Shown piece by piece: positions 34,525-45,075 of a DNA stretch of 64,000 bases. A program made the translations under genes and the position numbers. A model generated the notes under the pieces. The model worked only from the letters and a program-made list of their open reading frames with translations, had not been told where the DNA came from and did no database searches. Each line of letters begins with the position of its first letter. The first letter of the stretch is position 1. The DNA comes from Sphingomonadales bacterium. GTDB lineage: Bacteria > Pseudomonadota > Alphaproteobacteria > Sphingomonadales > Sphingomonadaceae. Location of the stretch: NCBI GenBank assembly GCA_038238915.1, contig JBBSFH010000003.1, positions 105,294-169,293 of the forward strand, given 5' to 3'.

Positions 34525-35967
34525 ATGGCGTTTTTGGGGCCAGTCAAGCCGATCGAAGCCAATCGAAGCGTCGAGGCGACGCACCGGTTGCGCCCGACAC
34601 TCAGCTGGCCGCACCTGATCGCACTCGGCGTCGGCGCGATCGTCGGTACCGGTATCTATACGCTGACCGGCGTCGGTGCCGCGCGGGCGGGGCCGGCGGT
34701 GATACTGTCATTCGCGATCGCGGGCGCTGTCTGCGCATGCGCCGCGCTCGCCTATGCAGAACTGGCGACGCTGATTCCGCGCGCCGGGAGTGCCTATACC
34801 TACACATATTCGGTGGCTGGCGAAGTCCCTGCCTGGGTGGTGGGATGGAGCCTGATCCTCGAATATTCGCTCGCCTGCTCCACTGTCGCGGTCGGCTGGT
34901 CGGGTTATCTGGTCGGCTGGCTCAAGGCAGCCGGGGTCGCTTTACCAGCGGCATTGCTGGTCGGGCCGCATGCTGGCGGGATCATCAACCTGCCCGCCGT
35001 GATCGTCTCGCTGGCGATCGCTGGCATGTTGATGGCCGGCACGCGCGAGAGCGCCACGCTCAACATCGTCCTGGTGGTTATCAAGCTCGTTGCGCTGACG
35101 GCGTTCGTCGCGATCGCCGCGCCAGCGTTCAACAGTGCCAACTTTCACCCGTTCATGCCCTACGGCTTTGGCAGCCACGAGACGGGCGGGACGACGCACG
35201 GCGTAATGGCGGCGGCGGCGATCGTTTTCTTTGCCTTCTATGGCTTCGACGCGGTTGCGACTTCGGCGGAGGAAGCGCGGCGGCCGGGGCGGGATTTAAC
35301 TATCGGCATCATTGGTTCGATGCTGGTCTGCACAACGGTTTACATTCTTGTTGCGCTGACGGCTGTGGGTGCAACATCCTATTTGACACTGGGCAACTCA
35401 CCCGAGCCGCTGGCGCTCGTGCTGCGAACGCTGGGTCATCCCGCAGCCGCCTATCTCATCGCTGGCGCTGCGCTGGTCGCGCTGCCCTCGGTAATCCTCG
35501 TCATGATGTACGGCCAGAGCCGCATCTTCTTCGTCATGGCGCGAGACGGGCTTCTGCCGCGCTCCTTCGCCAAGGTTTCGAAGCGAACCGGGTCGCCGGT
35601 GCTCGTGACCGGAATCACCGGTGTCCTTGTCGCAGCGACCGCAGGGGTGTTCAGCTTGGGCGAGATTGCCGAGCTGGCCAACGCCGGCACCCTGCTCGCT
35701 TTTATTGCGGTCTCGGGATGCATGATGGCGCTGCGTCGGCGCGCACCTCATCTGCCGCGTGTGTTTCGTTGCCCCCAACCCTACGTCATCGGTGCGCTAG
35801 CGATCGTCGGCTGTTTATACCTGCTAGCCAGTCTCCCGGAAAAGACGCTGGTACGGTTCGCCATCTGGAACGTGATCGGGATCGTCGTCTACTTGCTCTA
35901 TAGCCGCAGCCGCAGTGTGCTGGGGCGCGGCGATGTCGTGGAACACTCCGCGGGGCAGGCAGCATAG
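34525..35967 (+). CDS. APC-superfamily amino acid permease
   Basis: ATG at 34525 inside ORF 34357..35967. About 12 hydrophobic segments. N-terminal signature LIALGVGAIVGTGIYTLTGVGAARAGPAVILSFAIAG...AELATLIPRAGSAYTYTY. Confidence 0.9.
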   Translation: MAFLGPVKPIEANRSVEATHRLRPTLSWPHLIALGVGAIVGTGIYTLTGVGAARAGPAVILSFAIAGAVCACAALAYAELATLIPRAGSAYTYTYSVAGEVPAWVVGWSLILEYSLACSTVAVGWSGYLVGWLKAAGVALPAALLVGPHAGGIINLPAVIVSLAIAGMLMAGTRESATLNIVLVVIKLVALTAFVAIAAPAFNSANFHPFMPYGFGSHETGGTTHGVMAAAAIVFFAFYGFDAVATSAEEARRPGRDLTIGIIGSMLVCTTVYILVALTAVGATSYLTLGNSPEPLALVLRTLGHPAAAYLIAGAALVALPSVILVMMYGQSRIFFVMARDGLLPRSFAKVSKRTGSPVLVTGITGVLVAATAGVFSLGEIAELANAGTLLAFIAVSGCMMALRRRAPHLPRVFRCPQPYVIGALAIVGCLYLLASLPEKTLVRFAIWNVIGIVVYLLYSRSRSVLGRGDVVEHSAGQAA

Positions 35968-36075
35968 GGGGGCGGGATTAAGGTCAAATTAGCGTCATTC
36001 CCTACGTTTTTCGCCTGCGGCGGCGTGTTTGACGAAATGTAAGCGGGGCGGCAGCGACCGCCGTTGCATGAGCGT

Positions 36076-36124
36076 CAGGGTGGGGCAGGGGCCTGTGCGG
36101 CTCGATAAGTTGACTTAACAGCGC
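36076..36124 (+). repeat. Intergenic repeat family, copy 2
   Basis: CAGGGTGGGGCAGGGGCCTGTGCGGCTCGATAAGTTGACTTAACAGCGC. Lies in the convergent gap between the permease and the patatin gene. Confidence 0.55.
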
Positions 36125-36127
36125 TTG

Positions 36128-37300
36128 TCAGCGGTCCGCCCGCGAATGTTTCCGCCACGGCGTGCCTCCCCCCTGCCATTGTCGGCCACCGTAGCTGATC
36201 AGGCATCGCATGAAGGCGGGATCGAATACGGCGTCGTGGCCTGCGTCGGATGAGCCGCAGGTGTGGCCCTCCGCGCTGGCGATCTCGGTCTGGAAATCCG
36301 ATGGCGCGGCTCGCGCGACCTCCTCGATCGAGCTCATCTCGATCTGGTTGACCGCCAGCGTGCGCAGGCGGGCGAGCGTGGGAATCAGCCCGGGTGCAAG
36401 GCGCGCGATGTGCTCGGCGCGGGGATCACCGTTGACAAGGATATACAGTCGGCTCGGAGCCTCGTCCGCCATCGCGTGCGCGGCGGCGCGCTGGATATCG
36501 GTGACGAACACCGAGCGGCGGACGCCGCCGTCGAAATAGGGGTGGCCGCCCAGTTCCACTCGGTCGAACTCGATCGGCACGGCGGCGGACGCCAATAGCG
36601 CGCCAACATAGCAGTCCTCGCGCTCGCGCCCTGTGAGTTCGGCGGCAATGCGTGTGAGATCGATCGCGTACATCTCGCCATCGAGTGCGTCGACCACGCC
36701 GACAAGCAGCAGCCGACCCTTGGCGCTTTCGCGCGCCACCGAATTATAGATGGGGGCGAGGCTGGCGCGGACGCGCGTTTGCAGGGGACGCGTGTCCGCG
36801 AATGATCCGGCGAGTGCGCCGCGCGCGAGACCGCGGCGGTCGATGAGATCGCGCTCGCGGTCGATCGTGTAGGCGTGAAGCAGCGCGGAATCATAGGCGG
36901 TGCCGAGGAAGGCAAACGTCGCCTGCAGCGCACCGGTACTGACCCCCGTGACGAAATCGAACGCGGGGCGGGGATCGGCGTGCGCGCCCGACCATCCCGC
37001 GAGCAGCCCCGCGCCATAGGCACCCCACGGTCCACCACCCGAAAGGACGAGAATCGAGTGCGTCGGCGCGGGAGTGCCGTCGGGTAGGGGTTTTTCGCTC
37101 GTGGTGCGTGGCCGCGAGAGCGCGCTGGTCATCGCGCTCATCAGCGGAGCCATCGACGAAGGCGTGGTGCGCGCGTCGGACGCCGCGTCATCGAGCCGGT
37201 AACGGAACTCTCCGAGGCGCGGACATGCGAAGCGCAGCGGCGTGCTCGCGCAGCTACCAAGCGCAAGCAGCAGCGCCAGCAGGAGTCCGTTTCGTCGCAT
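36128..37300 (-). CDS. Patatin-like phospholipase, predicted lipoprotein
   Basis: ATG at 37300 gives MRRNGLLLALLLALGSC (lipobox). Oxyanion/glycine motif LVLSGGGPWGAYGAGLLAGW, nucleophile GVSTGA (GxSxG), catalytic Asp context YFDGGV. Confidence 0.85.
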   Translation of the reverse strand: MRRNGLLLALLLALGSCASTPLRFACPRLGEFRYRLDDAASDARTTPSSMAPLMSAMTSALSRPRTTSEKPLPDGTPAPTHSILVLSGGGPWGAYGAGLLAGWSGAHADPRPAFDFVTGVSTGALQATFAFLGTAYDSALLHAYTIDRERDLIDRRGLARGALAGSFADTRPLQTRVRASLAPIYNSVARESAKGRLLLVGVVDALDGEMYAIDLTRIAAELTGREREDCYVGALLASAAVPIEFDRVELGGHPYFDGGVRRSVFVTDIQRAAAHAMADEAPSRLYILVNGDPRAEHIARLAPGLIPTLARLRTLAVNQIEMSSIEEVARAAPSDFQTEIASAEGHTCGSSDAGHDAVFDPAFMRCLISYGGRQWQGGGTPWRKHSRADR

Positions 37301-37465
37301 GGCAGAAGCTAACATCACCCCGACTGCGCGCAAGCCCGAACCAGGGCTCAGCGCGGCAACTGACGCTGCTCGGTCGCGACACGTCCGATGCCGCATCCCA
37401 GGTCGTCAGGAAGGTGCTTGGGACTGCAGGCAAGTCGATCTGCGCAAGAGGGGGAAGGGCGTCAG

Positions 37466-37813
37466 CTACTTTTGCGCTTTGCGAGCCGCGTAGCGGGCGT
37501 CCCGCGCCGCTTTCATCTGTGCTGCGTCAGCAGGCTTCAACCGGGCAGCTTTGAGCGCCGCCGCGGCTTCGGCTTCCGCAAGGCTGGCCGCTTCGATTGC
37601 CACCTTTTGGGCCTTTGCCGCCGCGATGGCCGCGACGTTCGCGGCGCGTTCCTCGGCTCGGGTCTTGTCTTGGGCTTCCCGGGCCCGACGTCGTTCCGCC
37701 ATCAATGCGTCATCAACCGGAGGCTTCGCCTTGAGTTGGGCCACGGCCTTTTGCCTGGCCTTCGTGGCCGACGCTACGCGATCTTGAAAGGAAGGGTCTT
37801 TGAACGAAGCCAC
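37466..37813 (-). CDS. Small Lys/Ala-rich conserved hypothetical protein (DUF6481-like, tentative)
   Basis: 115 aa: MASFKDPSFQDRVASATKARQKAVAQLKAKP...RYAARKAQK. The composition and N-terminal motif resemble a small alphaproteobacterial family. Assigned from memory only. Confidence 0.5.
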   Translation of the reverse strand: MASFKDPSFQDRVASATKARQKAVAQLKAKPPVDDALMAERRRAREAQDKTRAEERAANVAAIAAAKAQKVAIEAASLAEAEAAAALKAARLKPADAAQMKAARDARYAARKAQK

Positions 37814-38080
37814 GGATTATCCTTGATGGTGTGCTACAAATTATCTGCGCTGCCGAGTATGCGGCGATTGTCCCGCATTCAAGCTCACCAACGTCTGCAC
37901 TGCGGGAGTGTTGCGGTGACCTGCTGTGCGCAGGTTTGGGTATCCGCAACAAGATTGCCCATCGACGGCCAACGCCATGCGGATGGGCGGCGTCCGACCC
38001 CGATCGTCCTTTGGCACCTGGACGAGACGGTGGTTGGCCATCAGGGGACTGCCGATCGCCTGCTGCGACCGCCACCGCGT

Positions 38081-38140
38081 GAAATCCAGCGCGGGGTCGG
38101 GGCTGTGCGCTTCGATGGAGTTAACCTGACAGCACCCCCG
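38081..38140 (+). repeat. Intergenic repeat family, copy 3
   Basis: gaaatCCAGCGCGGGGTCGGGGCTGTGCGCTTCGATGGAGTTAACCTGACAGCACCCCCG. Lies about 100 nt upstream of the Fe-ADH start. Confidence 0.6.
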
Positions 38141-38241
38141 ACTGGTCGGTTGAACAGTTATCCGCTTTGAGCTTACGTAAGCTCTTGCTACCCTGCAGTA
38201 GCACGGGCCAAGTGAACTGGCCCGTATGGGAGGAGCCGGAG

Positions 38242-39417
38242 ATGACGAGCGCTGCGCATGTCGTGCTGACCGCGACCGAGCGAGTGCATCTGGGAGTACC
38301 CGCTGCGGAGGCGGTGGTGACCGAGGCCGAGCGCCTCGGCGCGGCCCGCGTGTTCCTGCTGACAAGCACCAGCCTAGCCGAACGCACCGACGAGATTGCG
38401 AAGATCGAAGCCGCGTTGGGCGCGCGCCACGCCGCGACGCACCACGGCATCCGGCCGAATGCGCCCAGATCGGACGTGCTCGCTGCTGCCACGCGCGCGC
38501 GCGAGGTCGGGGCCGATCTCGTCGTAACGGTTGGCGGCGGTTCGGTGACCGATGCCGGCAAGATCGTGTTGATCTGCCTCAAACACGATATACGCACCGT
38601 CGAGGATTTCGAGCCATTCCGCACGCGCGTCGAGGACGACGGTACCGTCGTGCAGCCGGAATTCGCCGCGCCCGACATCCGCGCGATCTGCGTGCCGACG
38701 ACGCTTTCGGGGGGCGAGTTCAACCCGCTCTCGGGCGCGACCGATGAGCGGATCAAGCTCAAGCAGGGCTATTCGCAGCGCATGATGGTGCCCGTGTCGG
38801 TCGTGCTCGATCCCGCGATCACGCGGCACACGCCCGAATGGTTGTGGCTGTCGACCGGCATCCGCTCGGTCGATCATGCAGTCGAGACGCTGGGCTCGCT
38901 GCAATCGAACGATTATTGCGACGGCATCGCGGACAGCGCGCTCCGGCTGCTCGCTGCGGGGCTGCCGCGCGTAAAGGCGGACCCTGACGATATGGAGGCG
39001 CGCCTCAAGTGCCAGATTGGCGCGTGGCAATCGATGCTGCCGATCCTGGCCGGCGTTCCGATGGGGGCGAGCCACGCGATCGGGCATGTGCTGGGCGGTA
39101 CCTGCGACGTGCCGCACGGCTATACCTCGTGCGTGATGTCACCGTTCGTGCAAGCGTTCAACGCGCCGGTGAACGCGGCACGCCAGACGCGGATAAGCGA
39201 CTGTCTCGGCGCGGCGGACCGGCACGCATCCGAACTGCTCGACCGCTTCATCGCCGGGCTGGGGATGCCGCGTAGCCTGAAGGCGGTAGGGGTGCAGCGC
39301 GATCAGTTCCCGATTATCGCCAGGTACACACTGCTCGACTTCTGGGGGCGGACCAATCCCCGGCCGATCCGCAACGAGGAGGATGTGATGGGCATCCTCG
39401 AGAGCGCGGCAGGCTAG
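38242..39417 (+). CDS. Iron-containing alcohol dehydrogenase family (maleylacetate-reductase-like)
   Basis: ATG at 38242 after GGGAGGAG. Blocks DLVVTVGGGSVTDAGK, CVPTTLSGGEF and GASHAIGHVLGGTCDVPHG. Confidence 0.85.
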   Translation: MTSAAHVVLTATERVHLGVPAAEAVVTEAERLGAARVFLLTSTSLAERTDEIAKIEAALGARHAATHHGIRPNAPRSDVLAAATRAREVGADLVVTVGGGSVTDAGKIVLICLKHDIRTVEDFEPFRTRVEDDGTVVQPEFAAPDIRAICVPTTLSGGEFNPLSGATDERIKLKQGYSQRMMVPVSVVLDPAITRHTPEWLWLSTGIRSVDHAVETLGSLQSNDYCDGIADSALRLLAAGLPRVKADPDDMEARLKCQIGAWQSMLPILAGVPMGASHAIGHVLGGTCDVPHGYTSCVMSPFVQAFNAPVNAARQTRISDCLGAADRHASELLDRFIAGLGMPRSLKAVGVQRDQFPIIARYTLLDFWGRTNPRPIRNEEDVMGILESAAG

Positions 39418-39432
39418 AGAACGCGTGACGCC

Positions 39433-40116
39433 GTGCGTAAGATCGCAGTGGGAAGGCCGCAGTTGTTTGCGGCGGAGGGCACCGTGACAGCGGACGGGAC
39501 GAGGAGCGCGCGCGCGGCGACGACGCCGCTCAAGAGCGAAGTCGCGGCCTACAAGCGCCGCCGCATTGTCGAGGAGGCAAGTCGGCTGTTCTTCTCGGCA
39601 GGCTATGAGACGACGACGCTGGACGCGGTCGCCGAGCGGTTGCATGTCACCAAGCCGTTCATCTACTCCTATTACAAGAACAAAGGCGAACTGCTTTACG
39701 ACATCTGCCAGACGGGGATCCAATTGTCGCTCACCGCACTTGAGGATGCGCTGGAAGTCGAAGGTACTGCGACCGAACAGCTCAAGATGGTGGTCGAACG
39801 CGTGGCGCGCATCATCATCGAGAACCAGCAATATATCAGTGTCTATCAGCGCGAGGAGAAAAGCCTCGCGTCCGAGGACGCGCGCCGCATTCGCGAACTT
39901 CGCCACCGGTTCGATCAGATCCTGAGCCGCCTGCTCGCCAGGGGCAAGCAGGCGGGCGAGTTCGAGTTCGATGACGCGTCGCGCACCGCGCTCTGGATCG
40001 GCGGCATCCTCAGCTGGATCGCCAACTGGTATCACGAGGGTGGCCGCTGGTCCGCCACGGAGGTCGTGATGGACGCGATTTCGATTGTGATGCGTCTGGT
40101 GGTCAAGCCACGATGA
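39433..40116 (+). CDS. TetR-family transcriptional regulator
   Basis: HTH region RRRIVEEASRLFFSAGYETTTLDAVAERLHVTKPFIYSYYKNKGELL. The stop overlaps the next start (ATGA). Confidence 0.85.
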   Translation: MRKIAVGRPQLFAAEGTVTADGTRSARAATTPLKSEVAAYKRRRIVEEASRLFFSAGYETTTLDAVAERLHVTKPFIYSYYKNKGELLYDICQTGIQLSLTALEDALEVEGTATEQLKMVVERVARIIIENQQYISVYQREEKSLASEDARRIRELRHRFDQILSRLLARGKQAGEFEFDDASRTALWIGGILSWIANWYHEGGRWSATEVVMDAISIVMRLVVKPR

Positions 40117-41714
40117 GCAACGACCCGCGCGTTCCCGACCGGTCTGTGTGCGTGCTGCGTTACTTGCTCGACCGCATGGCCGCCGAACGCCGCGATCAAG
40201 TTCATGTGGTTTTCGAGGACGGCGGATCGTGGACTTTTGCCGAGCTGCGGCGAAGGACAGTGGCGGTCGCGGCCGGGTTGCAGAAGCTGGGCGTCGCGCA
40301 GGGCGATCACGTCGCGGTGTGGCTTCCACACGGGCGCGAGGCGCTGCTGGCCTTTTATGCGATCAACTATCTCGGCGCGGTGTTCGTGCCCTTCAATACA
40401 GCTTATCGCGGTGCGATCCTCGAGCATGTGCTCGGCAATGCTGGCGCGCGCCTTCTGATCGCCCATGCGCAGCTGATCGGCCGGCTGGCCGACGCCGACA
40501 CTGCGTCCATTGAACAGCTGATAGTGGTGGGCGACAGCGCGCCGCCAACGCGGTTTCCCACGGTCGCGTTCGCGGCGGTAACGGGCGCGGAGGCTGATCT
40601 CTCCCCGCCCCAACGACCAATCGAGCCGTGGGATCCGCAGTCGGTCATCTACACTTCGGGTACGACGGGCCCATCCAAGGGGGTGCTATCTTCGTACCTC
40701 CATCTCTACAGCAACGCCGGGCCCGAGGCGTGGCCGTTCGTTACCGGCAACGACCGCTTCCTCGTCAACATGCCGATCTTCCACATCGGCGGCCTCGGCG
40801 TCCCGTTCGTCATGCTCGCGCGAGGCGGCTCCATCGCGCTGATGGAGAATTTCTCGACCGAACGCTTCTGGGAGTTCGCGCGCACCAGCGACAGCACGGT
40901 CGCGTTCCTGCTAGGCGCGATGGCGACCTTCCTGATGAAAGCTTCGTCCTCGCCCGGCGACCGCGATCATATAATTCGACTGGTGATGATGGTGCCGCTG
41001 ACCGGCATCAGCGCAGCATTCCGCGAGCGGTTCGGCGCGGACGTCTACACAATCTTTAACATGACGGAAATTTCGACACCGATCGTCTCTGAAGCCAATC
41101 CGACGAAAGCGGGGACGTGCGGGCGAGTGCGGCCGGGTGTGGAGGTGCGATTGGTCGATGGCAATGATTGCGAGGTGCTCGTTGGCGCGGTGGGTGAAAT
41201 GCTGGTCCGTACTGACCGGCCGTGGGCGATGAACAGCGGCTACTATGGCAATGCCGAGGCGACCGCGCGCGCGTGGCGCAACGGCTGGTTCCACACCGGC
41301 GATGCGTTTCGATGTGACGCGGAGGGCTATTTCTATTTCGTCGATCGTGTGAAGGACGCGATCCGACGGCGCGGCGAAAACATTTCGTCCTTCGAGGTCG
41401 AGGCGCAGCTTCTCGCCCACCCGCATGTGCGCGAGGCGGCTGTGATCGGCGTGCCGAGCGAGTATTCGGAGGAGGACGTGCTGGCAGTGATCGCACCGGT
41501 TGAGGGATGCGCGATCAATCCGGCGGCGCTGCTTGTGTTCCTTGAAACGCGACTGCCCTATTTCATGATTCCGCGCTACATCCGGCTGCTGGATGATCTG
41601 CCCAAGACCCCGTCCGCCAAGGTGATGAAGGCCGAGCTGCGCGCGTCGGGCATTACGGCGGATTGCTGGGACCGGGAATTGGCCGGCATCCGGCTGAAGC
41701 GCGACCGATTGTAG
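40113..41714 (+). CDS. AMP-dependent acyl-CoA synthetase/ligase
   Basis: AMP-binding motif SVIYTSGTTGPSKGVL, plus WFHTGD and the C-terminal ...PKTPSAKVMK. Confidence 0.9.
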   Translation: MSNDPRVPDRSVCVLRYLLDRMAAERRDQVHVVFEDGGSWTFAELRRRTVAVAAGLQKLGVAQGDHVAVWLPHGREALLAFYAINYLGAVFVPFNTAYRGAILEHVLGNAGARLLIAHAQLIGRLADADTASIEQLIVVGDSAPPTRFPTVAFAAVTGAEADLSPPQRPIEPWDPQSVIYTSGTTGPSKGVLSSYLHLYSNAGPEAWPFVTGNDRFLVNMPIFHIGGLGVPFVMLARGGSIALMENFSTERFWEFARTSDSTVAFLLGAMATFLMKASSSPGDRDHIIRLVMMVPLTGISAAFRERFGADVYTIFNMTEISTPIVSEANPTKAGTCGRVRPGVEVRLVDGNDCEVLVGAVGEMLVRTDRPWAMNSGYYGNAEATARAWRNGWFHTGDAFRCDAEGYFYFVDRVKDAIRRRGENISSFEVEAQLLAHPHVREAAVIGVPSEYSEEDVLAVIAPVEGCAINPAALLVFLETRLPYFMIPRYIRLLDDLPKTPSAKVMKAELRASGITADCWDRELAGIRLKRDRL

Positions 41715-41748
41715 CTGACCGCCGCGCTAGCCGGGTGCCAACCCCGCG

Positions 41749-43977
41749 CTAGTAGCTCAGTCCAAGCGTAACGCCGAAGGTTCGCGGAGGGGTGAGCGAA
41801 CCGACGCGCACGCTGTTGAACAGGGGGGCGGTGATGATGTTGTTCGAGATCACGAAATGATCGGTCAGGTTGCGTCCCCAGACCTCCAGCGACCAGCTTT
41901 TCGAACTGCGATAGCGAAGTCCCGCGTTGAGCAGCGCGTATGGTGCCTGTGTGGCATCGGCGTTGTTGAACTCGGTGAAGAAAACGCGATCCTGCCAGTT
42001 GACGTCAGCGCGCAAGTTGAAGGATCCCTTGCTGCCCTTGTACAGTTCATAATCGGCAGCAGCCCGAAACGTGAATTCGGGCGCGTTCGACAGGCGGTTG
42101 CCCGACAGATCGACCTGCTTGAACGCTTGCCGGTAATCGCCGCTGGTGAATTTGGTGTATGTCGCGTTCAGGTAAGTGGCGAAGAGATCGAGTTGCAGCG
42201 CGGGAACCGGCCGCGCATGCAGTTCGGCTTCGACGCCGTAGTTGCGCGCCGAAGCGGCGTTGACTGTGGTGACGACGCTGTCCGCACCGACGAAGCCGAC
42301 CTGAAGGTCCGAATAATCGATGTAGAACAGCGCCAGCGTGCCACTCAGCCGGTGATCGTGCGTGCTAGATTTGGCACCGATCTCGTATCCCCACGCATAC
42401 TCGGGGTTGATCACCGGGTTCTGCGAGCCGACGTTGATGACGCCGGATTTGAAGCCGCGCGTGACCGAGGCATAGAGCAGGGTATCGTCGGTCGCCTGCC
42501 AGTTGAGCACGACCGTGGGCGTGAACGCGTCCCAGCTCTTCGCCTTGTCGGTCGATACGCTGCTCAGGAACTCGAAGCTGCCGACGCCCTTGCGCTTTTC
42601 GTAGCTGTAGCGACCGCCTGCCGTGAGCTTCAGCCGATCGGTGAACTTGTAGGCACCCTGTAGGTAGACGCCGTAGGCATCGGTGTCGACCGTACCCTGC
42701 TGGAGATAATTCTTGTCATTGAAGGTTGCGGCGGGCAGGCCGAACAGGATGCCAAGGTTGACCAGCGGAACGCGCACCGCGCCAGCGAGCTTTTCATGGA
42801 AATACATCGCGCCGAACAGAGCATCCCACCGATCGCTCTTGTAGGTGCCGACGAACTCCTGACTGACGGACTGACTGCTCTCGTTATAGTTGTTCTGCCC
42901 GAACAGCCAGACGTTCGAAGCGTCCAGATCGTCACGATTGAATCGGACGAAATCATGGTAGGACGTGATCGACTTGATGTCCCACGCTTCGTGGTTCCAA
43001 GTGATCGTTCCGGTGAAGTTGTTGCCGTGACGCTCGTTGATCGGATTTTGATCCGAATAGATGTTGCGAGGATTCAGTCTGATTCCGTTTTTCTGCGAGT
43101 AGGTAACGATCGAATCGCCGCCGAGCAGCGATCCCAGCGCGTTTTCGGGCGCAACGGTCGGACCGAAATAGTGGAACGCGTAATTATTGTCGTGTTCCTC
43201 GAAATGCTCGCCCGACAGTAGAAGATCGAACTCGGGCGAGGCCTTGATAAGGACCGAAGCGCGGATCGCCCACGCGTCGCGGTTGTCGATCGGGCTGCCC
43301 GTGAAGATGTTGCGCCCGTATCCGTCATGGCGATCATATTTGCCCGACACGCGGAACATAACCTTATCGTCGACAATCGGTCCGCCAACCCCGCCTTCGG
43401 CAGTGAACTGGTTGTAGTTGCCGTAGGTGAGATCGAGGTTGCTGCGCCACGCATTGCCCGGTTTCATCGTGACGATGTTGATCGCACCTGCCGTCGCGCC
43501 GCGGCCATACAGCGTGCCTTGTGGTCCGCGCAGCACTTCGACGCGCTCGATGTCGTAGAAGCCCGCGAGCTGCGCGGCGGGACGCGAGATGATCGCGCCA
43601 TCCTGCAGAAAGGCGACCGCGCCGTCCGCGCCGAGATCGATGCTGGTGAGCCCGATGCCGCGGATGAAGGTGCGGTTGACGCCAAACTGATCGCCCACCG
43701 ACAGGTTGGGGACCGCGCTGGCGAGCGAGCCGATGTTGGTGACGCCGCCCGCGCCGATCTGGTCCGCGCCGATTGCGGTGATCGATGCCGCAACTTTTGA
43801 AATCCGCTCGCTGCTGCGCGTCGCCGTGACGACGATCTCGCCCGGGGTATTTCCCTCCGACAGCGGTGCCTGTTGTGCCCGGGCGGGCACGACCATTGCC
43901 GCGAAAGCGCTTGCCGCGAGCAGGGCCGAGCCGCACCGATGCCGGGCGAGCGACGCCATTTGAGTCCGGTGTTCCAT
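41749..43977 (-). CDS. TonB-dependent outer-membrane receptor
   Basis: ATG at 43977 after GGGGAGGA, inside ORF 41749..44154. Signal peptide ...AAMVVPARAQQ. Plug EIVVTATRSSERISKV...NRTFIRGIG...IERVEVLRGPQGTLYGR. Beta-barrel ending ...FGVTLGLSY. Confidence 0.9.
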   Translation of the reverse strand: MEHRTQMASLARHRCGSALLAASAFAAMVVPARAQQAPLSEGNTPGEIVVTATRSSERISKVAASITAIGADQIGAGGVTNIGSLASAVPNLSVGDQFGVNRTFIRGIGLTSIDLGADGAVAFLQDGAIISRPAAQLAGFYDIERVEVLRGPQGTLYGRGATAGAINIVTMKPGNAWRSNLDLTYGNYNQFTAEGGVGGPIVDDKVMFRVSGKYDRHDGYGRNIFTGSPIDNRDAWAIRASVLIKASPEFDLLLSGEHFEEHDNNYAFHYFGPTVAPENALGSLLGGDSIVTYSQKNGIRLNPRNIYSDQNPINERHGNNFTGTITWNHEAWDIKSITSYHDFVRFNRDDLDASNVWLFGQNNYNESSQSVSQEFVGTYKSDRWDALFGAMYFHEKLAGAVRVPLVNLGILFGLPAATFNDKNYLQQGTVDTDAYGVYLQGAYKFTDRLKLTAGGRYSYEKRKGVGSFEFLSSVSTDKAKSWDAFTPTVVLNWQATDDTLLYASVTRGFKSGVINVGSQNPVINPEYAWGYEIGAKSSTHDHRLSGTLALFYIDYSDLQVGFVGADSVVTTVNAASARNYGVEAELHARPVPALQLDLFATYLNATYTKFTSGDYRQAFKQVDLSGNRLSNAPEFTFRAAADYELYKGSKGSFNLRADVNWQDRVFFTEFNNADATQAPYALLNAGLRYRSSKSWSLEVWGRNLTDHFVISNNIITAPLFNSVRVGSLTPPRTFGVTLGLSY

Positions 43978-44202
43978 CAATGTCCTCCCCGACGATCGCT
44001 TTTCTACTTTCGCGTAAAGAATACGACATTCGAGTAGGATGCAAGGGGGTTCGGCGCGAATCGATCGATCAGGATCGTAGAAACCTCCGCCGGGTTGACG
44101 CGCATTGCCCGCGCCGTATCTACTGCCGAGTAGGATTCGTAGACTGGCGGGCAACTATCCGCCTCCAGCTCTGCGACGTGGACGAGAGAACGGAGGGACG
44201 CG

Positions 44203-45075
44203 GTGGACCAGTTCGCGATCGGCACCTTTCGGGTCCACCGTGTCGAGGAATGGCGCGGGCCTCTCCTCCCGCCGCGCCAGCTGTTTGCGCTGCGCGATCC
44301 GGGACCGCCGATCGAGGATGTCGATCTCGATGATGACCCAATCGAGGCATATATCCAGAGCTGGGTGATCGAGACGCCGACCCGCACGATCCTGCTCGAT
44401 ACCGGCTGCGGCAACCACAAGAACCGGCCCGGTATCCCGGTCTTCGGCGATCTCTCGACCGATTTCCTCGACCGCCTCGCTGCGATCGGCTTCTCGCGAG
44501 GAGACATCGACCTTGTCGTGTGCACCCATCTCCATGTCGATCACGTCGGCTGGAACACGTGCCGCGATGGCGATCGGTGGGTGCCCACGTTCCCAAACGC
44601 CCGGTATGTATTTCCCCGTGCAGACGTCGAATATTGGGATCCGTGCAACCGGGAGCGCTTTCCAGCGATGATCGGCGCGGCGGTGAACGCGGGGTTCTTC
44701 GACGACAGTGTGCGCCCGATCCTCGACGCCGGCCTCGCCGATCTCGTATCCGCCCCGGTCGATCTTGATGAGGGCGTTTCGCTCGATCCCACACCTGGCC
44801 ATACTCCCGGCAGCCAGGCGATAACCATCGCCAGTGGTGGCGAACGCGCGATGTTCATCGGCGATGTCCTCCACCATCCGCTGCAGATCCGATATCCGCA
44901 GCTCAACAGCATCTTCTGTGAGGACGCCATTCGTGCGCGCGCCACGCGGCTGGGTGTGCTGGCGTGCGCGGCAGAGACGAACGCGGTCCTCGTGCCCGCG
45001 CATTTTGGAGACGAGCACATTGTGCGCGTCCAGCGCCACAGAGAGACCTTCCGCGCGGTCCCGGCCTTCGCGTGA
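44203..45075 (+). CDS. Metallo-beta-lactamase-fold hydrolase (lactonase/esterase-like)
   Basis: HxHxDH motif in VVCTHLHVDHVGWN, with later His/Asp ligand contexts (TPGHTPGS, HFGDEH). Confidence 0.8.
   Translation: MDQFAIGTFRVHRVEEWRGPLLPPRQLFALRDPGPPIEDVDLDDDPIEAYIQSWVIETPTRTILLDTGCGNHKNRPGIPVFGDLSTDFLDRLAAIGFSRGDIDLVVCTHLHVDHVGWNTCRDGDRWVPTFPNARYVFPRADVEYWDPCNRERFPAMIGAAVNAGFFDDSVRPILDAGLADLVSAPVDLDEGVSLDPTPGHTPGSQAITIASGGERAMFIGDVLHHPLQIRYPQLNSIFCEDAIRARATRLGVLACAAETNAVLVPAHFGDEHIVRVQRHRETFRAVPAFA

Noticed and set aside
41731-41750. Second TGGCAC motif on the minus strand (TTGGCACccggcTAGC) as a sigma-54 promoter
   Set aside because: The -12 element is TAGC, not TTGC. It would fire antisense into the acyl-CoA ligase gene, and no activator gene is nearby.
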